From Pseudomonadota bacterium (GTDB lineage Bacteria > Bdellovibrionota_B > Oligoflexia > Silvanigrellales > Silvanigrellaceae), in assembly GCA_039799905.1 (NCBI GenBank), contig JBDLRP010000039.1, positions 64,001 through 128,000 of the forward strand: DNA of 64,000 nt, in the 5' to 3' direction. This document shows positions 58,488 through 64,000 of the stretch, in pieces (position 1 is the stretch's first letter; every line of letters starts with the position of its first letter). A program made the translations under genes and the position numbers. Below the pieces are notes generated by a model. The model was not told the DNA's origin and did not search any database. It worked only from the letters and a program-made list of their open reading frames with translations.

Positions 58488-59105
58488 ATGACGCGAGCGT
58501 TCTTGGCGATTTTACCACTGACGGTTGCACTTGGCTGCAACATCAAAAAAAACTCGAGCGAAAGTCAGGTTTCCAAGGCCGGAGGCTCGCGAACTTCATT
58601 CGTAACTCTTGCTGAAGTTCAGGACGCTGTCACGAAGATCGTAAATCAAAACCCAAACGAGGTTGCAGACCTCTTCTCATTTACCGGTAACTGCGTGGCA
58701 GTCTCAGATTCGTGGACACACAAATTCAAAGCGAACACCAAGTTTCCAGTTTACCAGGGGTCCATCAGTGGAACGATGTTTGTCAATGTCGGAGGAAAGA
58801 AACAATTACGAGATGCTAACCACACCTTCATCTTGTTCAATCCGGGAAGGCGAAACGAAATTATATTCGATCCCACATACGGACAGTTCATCTTGGACGC
58901 CCCAGAAATTTCGGGACTACCCCGCATGCTGCTCAAGCCAACAGCGGAGGCACCCAGCATCTATTTTAAACACTCTAAGAATTTAAGAATATTTACCACT
59001 CTTACAGATGACGCCACTGGCCACTACAATCCCGCTGAGTTCACCGAGTTCTTGTACGGATTCGGTCGATATTCGAAAAACCGAATGGTGGTTGGACCTT
59101 TGTAA
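58488..59105 (+). CDS. Lipoprotein with papain/transglutaminase-like Cys-His-Asp motifs
   Basis: Lipobox ALGC; GNCVAVS, NHTF and IFDPTYGQF; GGGGG RBS before ATG 58488. Confidence 0.6.
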   Translation: MTRAFLAILPLTVALGCNIKKNSSESQVSKAGGSRTSFVTLAEVQDAVTKIVNQNPNEVADLFSFTGNCVAVSDSWTHKFKANTKFPVYQGSISGTMFVNVGGKKQLRDANHTFILFNPGRRNEIIFDPTYGQFILDAPEISGLPRMLLKPTAEAPSIYFKHSKNLRIFTTLTDDATGHYNPAEFTEFLYGFGRYSKNRMVVGPL

Positions 59106-59192
59106 ACATCAGGCATAAAAGCAGAATCACCCTGCACATGACTCAGCTTTTAAAAAAAATTCTGTGTTAAGCCACAAGAATCACCATGAACT

Positions 59193-61829
59193 TTAAAGTG
59201 AATAGTCCTGCCACATGTCGGTCTGCAGAAATTGCGACATTTTGGCGAGTTGCGAAAACGACAGGGTGTGTTCGGCCCCTTCGCTGGAAACAAAAACACC
59301 GGCGCGAAGGAAGGCATCATAAGTGCGACCGCCAAACACATGGCTGAGCTGGCTTTGAGTGCGCATCTGAGCCCTGAGGAAAGCAGACCTGTGCAACTTG
59401 CTTGCAAGGCTTATCACTTCGTCGCGCTTGAAAAGTCCAGCATCGCCGTTGAGTTGAATCGCTGCCCCGAGCTGAACACTGTAGAGCTCAATCTCTGGCC
59501 TGACCAAATCAGACAACCACTGAAGCTGCGCGACCGCGAGCGCATTGTCGACAAGTGTCACGGTCTGCGCATCACGGTTCCAAGCCAGAATTCCGAGCTC
59601 TTCGAATGCCTGCAGGACAGACGTCACTACAGCCGCTGTCGATGTCGTTTCGGGCCAAAACAACTCGTCTTCCCAAAGGCTGCGCACGACAGCAGCCTGA
59701 GTCTCAATTGCAGTAAGTGACGCTGACGAAAAACCTTCACGAAGGCGTCCGTCGCGCAGACAACCGCGCACCAGAATTGTCGCAACAATTCCAGGAACTG
59801 CCAGCAGATGAAAAATTGTGCCTCTATACCACCACAAGTTGAGCTGCGCAGTTTCTGCAGGCTTGACGAAAATCGCTCCGAGTTCGTCTTTCACGGTCTG
59901 CAGAAAGCCCCACCGGACCGCAGAAGAAATCAAATCAGCCGGACGCTTGCGAGCCTCGTCCACCACGGCCCGCTGCGGTATCTGACTGGTAATAATTTCA
60001 GTTTCGCTCAGGATCGAATCGAGTTGTGCATCACCCGCAGAAACAGCCCAACCCACAAGCTCACCGCAGCGCCCCAAAACACTCCGCAGGGAGGACACCT
60101 TCTGCAGACACAGGTCGCCTTTCATGCCGTGCACTGCGCCTTCATTGCTGCGCGGATGAATCAACACGACCGATGCGAGCAATGCAGTGTCGGACGCCGT
60201 AGCGCTCGAATTGATCCCTTGATTGATTCTACGGGCAAGTTCACGGACCATAGCTTGGACCCGCGGGTCACGTGCATCAAAATCGGGCCGCAAATCCGCC
60301 AGCCGCTCGGGCAATGGCTCACGTTCAAGTGCAGCCGAAGAACGGCCAGCAATTGCTTGCGTGCGTGAAACGTAATCTGTCCAAAAGTCACCGAATCTCA
60401 CCGGTGTTCCAAACGCCACTTCGACGCGCCCGTAGTTGCCGAAAAGATATCTGAGCGAACGAACGAGCTGAAAAAAGGACTCAGCTTCTTTTTTTGCTCC
60501 GCTCAGCTCGCGCGCGTAGGAATTGTCTTCCATGACTTTGTCGTAGGAAATGAACACGGGGCAAAAATACGTATTCTCGGCGCGACGTTTCAATATACTG
60601 GTCACGCACATCGACGTCATTCCGGTCTTTGGTACAAGGAGCCTGCCGATGCGAGAGCGTCCGCCCTCATGAAAAAACTCAAGTGGGTGCCCGTTGGTCA
60701 GCAGAAAATCAACGTAACTCGAGAAGACGGCACTGTAGAGCTTGTTGCCAGCAAAAGACCTGCGCAGAAAAAACGCCCCGCCACGACGGAGGATCGGACC
60801 TGCAGGAAAAAAACTCAAATTGACACCTGCGGCGATGTGCGGCGGTGCCAAACCTTTGCGCTTCATTAAATAAGACAACAGCAAATAGTCCAAATGACTG
60901 CGATGGCACGGGATCCAAATCACCTGACCCTGTTTGGTCACCTGCGCAACTGCATCGAGATTACGGACACGCACACCCTGAAAGATGCGCGTCCAGATGA
61001 AATCAAGCACCGTCTCCATTGCCCGGATGGTGCTGTAGTTGTATTTGGAGGCGATCTCTCGCAGATAGTATGCAGCTTTTTTCAACTGTTTGTTGGAACG
61101 GTCGGGAGAACCGATCAGCTTTTTGATTTCTTGACTCGCGAGAATACGCTGACTCACTGTCGCAAGATCGTAAACCACAGGACCACAGGCGGCTGTCCGT
61201 TCGCGCTGAAACTCAATCAACATCGATCTGCGCGTGCGCCGCCCGACGAGCAGCTCCTCGCCCTGTTCGGGCTCCTCGAGTTCTACAGGTGCGGCAAAAT
61301 GCACGCGCAACAAACCGCCATGAATCAACAACATGAAAAATTTCTGAAAGATATTTTCTGTTCCCTCATCGGGGAACAAAGAACGCAGCAGAATATTGCG
61401 GTCGTTACGATCAGGAACGCGACTCCAAAAAACCTGAACCGGCATAAGAACGAGTTGCCCGTGCTTGACGCGATGATCATTCTGAAGAACTTCACTGAGC
61501 GCGGGGCTGAAATAATCCTTGCGGCTGCGCGGAATGAAACTGATCTTTCTGGTGCGCATCGACAACAAACCCGCATGCCTGAATCGGTTGGGCCTTGCCT
61601 CGTGCCAGATCCTCGGCATGCCGAGTTTTTTGAGCGCCTTGTTGACAGCGAGCAAATCGAGGACCGACATCCTCGGCAAAACGTAGATTACGTCTTTGCC
61701 TTCTGTGACCTTTTTGATCCATGCCTGCGGTTCTTCAGTCGGTGTCAGCTGCAGACGGAAGAGCAGGCGCAGGGGAGTCAACAAAAACAACCATCGGGAA
61801 AAATGCAGACCCAGCAGGCGGAACATCAA
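59193..61829 (-). CDS. plsB: Glycerol-3-phosphate acyltransferase
   Basis: HRSHLD (HxxxxD), PHIAAG.NL, GAFFLRRSF, EGGRSR.G and Y..ELSGAKK..ES motifs. Confidence 0.9.
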   Translation of the reverse strand: MMFRLLGLHFSRWLFLLTPLRLLFRLQLTPTEEPQAWIKKVTEGKDVIYVLPRMSVLDLLAVNKALKKLGMPRIWHEARPNRFRHAGLLSMRTRKISFIPRSRKDYFSPALSEVLQNDHRVKHGQLVLMPVQVFWSRVPDRNDRNILLRSLFPDEGTENIFQKFFMLLIHGGLLRVHFAAPVELEEPEQGEELLVGRRTRRSMLIEFQRERTAACGPVVYDLATVSQRILASQEIKKLIGSPDRSNKQLKKAAYYLREIASKYNYSTIRAMETVLDFIWTRIFQGVRVRNLDAVAQVTKQGQVIWIPCHRSHLDYLLLSYLMKRKGLAPPHIAAGVNLSFFPAGPILRRGGAFFLRRSFAGNKLYSAVFSSYVDFLLTNGHPLEFFHEGGRSRIGRLLVPKTGMTSMCVTSILKRRAENTYFCPVFISYDKVMEDNSYARELSGAKKEAESFFQLVRSLRYLFGNYGRVEVAFGTPVRFGDFWTDYVSRTQAIAGRSSAALEREPLPERLADLRPDFDARDPRVQAMVRELARRINQGINSSATASDTALLASVVLIHPRSNEGAVHGMKGDLCLQKVSSLRSVLGRCGELVGWAVSAGDAQLDSILSETEIITSQIPQRAVVDEARKRPADLISSAVRWGFLQTVKDELGAIFVKPAETAQLNLWWYRGTIFHLLAVPGIVATILVRGCLRDGRLREGFSSASLTAIETQAAVVRSLWEDELFWPETTSTAAVVTSVLQAFEELGILAWNRDAQTVTLVDNALAVAQLQWLSDLVRPEIELYSVQLGAAIQLNGDAGLFKRDEVISLASKLHRSAFLRAQMRTQSQLSHVFGGRTYDAFLRAGVFVSSEGAEHTLSFSQLAKMSQFLQTDMWQDYSL

Positions 61830-61835
61830 ATCACC

Positions 61836-62780
61836 TTATTGTTGGTTTGCCCCCTGCCGAACGAAGTCCAGCAGAGTTTCAAGACGATCGGGCTCGTGAG
61901 TGAGAACAATGTTGTCGATGAGTCGGGTTTTGACTCCATCAGCACCCTGAACATAACCGGCAATCGCCAGAACGCTGTCCTGAGTGATTTTATCGCTGCA
62001 CAGCGCAAGATTTTTCGCGTTCCTGATTTCGCAGTACTGTTGCTCGAAACCAACTTCAGAATTAAGAACCTCGAGCGCAGCCGCGAGGACTTCCGATGAA
62101 TCAGCAGTTCCGGCCAGAAAACAATGTCCTGCAGCGCGTAATGCTCTCGGTATGCAGAGCGCAATTTTTCGAGCACCCTCATCAAGATAACGGTTGCGGC
62201 TGCTGAGCGCGAATCCATCTGCGTCACGCACCGTCGGCACGCCCATAATTCGGGTCGGGTGGTCAAGATCGGCAGCCATGCGTGCAATGATTGTGAACTG
62301 CTGAAAATCCTTCAGGCCAAAATAAGCCCTATCAGCAGACACACAATTTAAAAGCAGGAGCACCACTGTGCAGACACCGGCAAAGTGATTTGGCCGGTAG
62401 GCGCCGCAGAGCACGTCTGACATCTCCGAGACGTTGACCTGAGTCTTAAAATCAGCCGGATACAGTTCGTCCGCGTTCGGCGCAAAAACAATCTGTGCAC
62501 CCGCTTTTTCACACAGCGTGCAATCGGCTTCGAAGGTGCGCGGATATTTCGCGAAATCTTCTTGCGGCCCAAATTGTTTTGGATTGACGAATATTGACAC
62601 AACGGTGATGGAGTTTTCCTTGCTTGCCTTGCGCACAAGTGCGGCGTGGCCCTCATGCAGTGCCCCCATGGTCGGTACGAAACCGACAGTGGCACGAACA
62701 CCCGCCTCTTCAAGCGTTGAACGCAAGGCAGCTATCTTGGTTTTCAGTTCATGACGGGTGCGGGCAACCAAAATCCCCAA
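61836..62780 (-). CDS. panC: Pantoate-beta-alanine ligase
   Basis: FVPTMGALHEGH, SIFVNP.QF, YPRT, RP.HF.GV, FG.KDFQQ, ALSSRN and RLIDN motifs. Confidence 0.95.
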   Translation of the reverse strand: MGILVARTRHELKTKIAALRSTLEEAGVRATVGFVPTMGALHEGHAALVRKASKENSITVVSIFVNPKQFGPQEDFAKYPRTFEADCTLCEKAGAQIVFAPNADELYPADFKTQVNVSEMSDVLCGAYRPNHFAGVCTVVLLLLNCVSADRAYFGLKDFQQFTIIARMAADLDHPTRIMGVPTVRDADGFALSSRNRYLDEGARKIALCIPRALRAAGHCFLAGTADSSEVLAAALEVLNSEVGFEQQYCEIRNAKNLALCSDKITQDSVLAIAGYVQGADGVKTRLIDNIVLTHEPDRLETLLDFVRQGANQQ

Positions 62781-62784
62781 AATT

Positions 62785-63501
62785 TTATCCCCCTAAATAG
62801 GCCTTTTGCAGGCTCTCATCATTGAGCAGCTGAGCGGCCGGACCACTCTGCACCACTTCACCGACCTCAAGAACATATGCTCTATGAGCAATGCGCAAGG
62901 CCATGCGCGCATTTTGTTCCGCGAGCAAAACAGTCATGCCGTCTTTGCGATTGAGCTCAAGAATTTTCTGGAAAATCTGTTGCACCAACAATGGCGCGAT
63001 ACCGAGACTGGGTTCATCAAGCAAAAGAAGAGAAGGCTTTGCCATCAATGCTCTGCCAATAGCCAGCATCTGCTGCTCTCCCCCCGAGAGGGTATGGGCA
63101 TCTTGCGAGAGCCTTTCTTTGAGTCGCGGAAATAAATGAAAAATACTTTCGAGTTCTTTGTTGAGTTCCTGATGGGACGCTTTTCTTGCAAATGCTCCGA
63201 GCAGCAAATTCTCCCGCACCGACATATCAGGAAAAACAAGACGCCCTTCGGGTGACTGAGCAAGCCCCAGACGAACTATTTGATGGCTCGGCACAGTTGT
63301 CAGAGATACTCCCTTGAATTCAATCCGACCGCTCGCCGGCCGCACCAGTCCCGAGAGAGTGCGCATGGTTGTTGTTTTACCGGCTCCATTGGATCCGACA
63401 AAAGTCACAATTTCACCCTGATTCACATGAAAACTGACATTCTTGAGAGCGACGATGGCGCCGTAGCGAACGGTCAGATTATCGACGGAAAGAAGACTCA
63501 C
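62785..63501 (-). CDS. livF: Branched-chain amino acid ABC transporter ATPase
   Basis: GSNGAGKTT, PEGR.VF, LSGGEQQMLA, DEPSLG and EQN motifs. Confidence 0.92.
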   Translation of the reverse strand: MSLLSVDNLTVRYGAIVALKNVSFHVNQGEIVTFVGSNGAGKTTTMRTLSGLVRPASGRIEFKGVSLTTVPSHQIVRLGLAQSPEGRLVFPDMSVRENLLLGAFARKASHQELNKELESIFHLFPRLKERLSQDAHTLSGGEQQMLAIGRALMAKPSLLLLDEPSLGIAPLLVQQIFQKILELNRKDGMTVLLAEQNARMALRIAHRAYVLEVGEVVQSGPAAQLLNDESLQKAYLGG

Positions 63502-64000
63502 AGGCGTTCTCCTTGCGAATTGTCTTCGCCGCCGGCTTCAGTGTCGGCACCCAGATACGCTTCGATGACCTTGGGATCTCGCTGCACCTCAGTTGGTGTG
63601 CCCACACAAATCACTTCGCCGTGATCAAGCACTGTGATTTGCGAACAGAGGTTCATGACAAACTTCATGTCGTGCTCAATCAGCAAAACGCCGAGGCCGA
63701 AGCGGGCAACAATCTCGCGCACCAAGCCGGCCAGTTCATCCTTTTCGGTTGGGTTCATACCCGCAGCAGGTTCATCAAGAAGCAGCACTTTCGACTGCGT
63801 CATCAGGGCGCGGGCAATTTCAAGCTTGCGCTGCAATCCATAGGGAAGCGAAGTTGCCTCCCAATCGGCGTAATCCGATAGTCCGACAAACTTTAGAACC
63901 TCGAGTGCTCGGGCATGCAATCCGCGTTCGAATTGAACCGTCTTTGGCAATGCAAACAAACTCATCAGGCTCGTTCCACGCCGCTGCCAACTCAACGCCG
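63498..64000 (-). CDS. livG: Branched-chain amino acid ABC transporter ATPase, C-terminal part (truncated by the window)
   Basis: LPYG.QRKLEIARAL, DEPAAGMN, IEHDM and VIEAYLG motifs. Confidence 0.9.
   Translation of the reverse strand, partial: ALSWQRRGTSLMSLFALPKTVQFERGLHARALEVLKFVGLSDYADWEATSLPYGLQRKLEIARALMTQSKVLLLDEPAAGMNPTEKDELAGLVREIVARFGLGVLLIEHDMKFVMNLCSQITVLDHGEVICVGTPTEVQRDPKVIEAYLGADTEAGGEDNSQGERL

Noticed and set aside
60894..62099. 401-aa plus-strand ORF
   Set aside because: Antisense shadow of plsB and panC with no motifs.

Overview
Gene-dense 64-kb bacterial chromosomal segment with no rRNA, tRNA, CRISPR array, transposase or integrase that I can see. Gene content (many orphan lipoproteins, tandem PilZ and HD-GYP proteins, ClpC-type chaperone, mevalonate pathway, full-size ABCC exporter, c-type cytochrome lipoproteins) suggests a Bdellovibrionota/Oligoflexia-like or related former deltaproteobacterial lineage; this is inference only. 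Core genes: speA, clpC-like, lspA, a mevalonate operon (fni, class II HMG-CoA reductase, phosphomevalonate kinase, mvaD, mevalonate kinase, then a patatin), alr-queA-tgt, gspC, rpmF, cysteine desulfurase, glpD, rarD, plsB, panC, livF and partial livG. Most notable: (1) a 2.36-kb, AT-richer cassette of two lipoprotein genes with no recombinase, bounded by an exact 46-bp direct repeat that duplicates the shared 3' ends of two convergent genes; (2) an 818-aa lipoprotein whose putative trypsin-like His/Asp/Ser motifs are spread over about 550 residues; (3) a single-chain LuxE-LuxC fusion head-to-head with lspA; (4) a eukaryote-style MRP/ABCC transporter with a lasso motif; (5) a papain/transglutaminase-fold lipoprotein; (6) recurring sigma-28-like promoters ahead of several of these accessory genes. 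Many start codons were refined by eye from RBS position and remain provisional.
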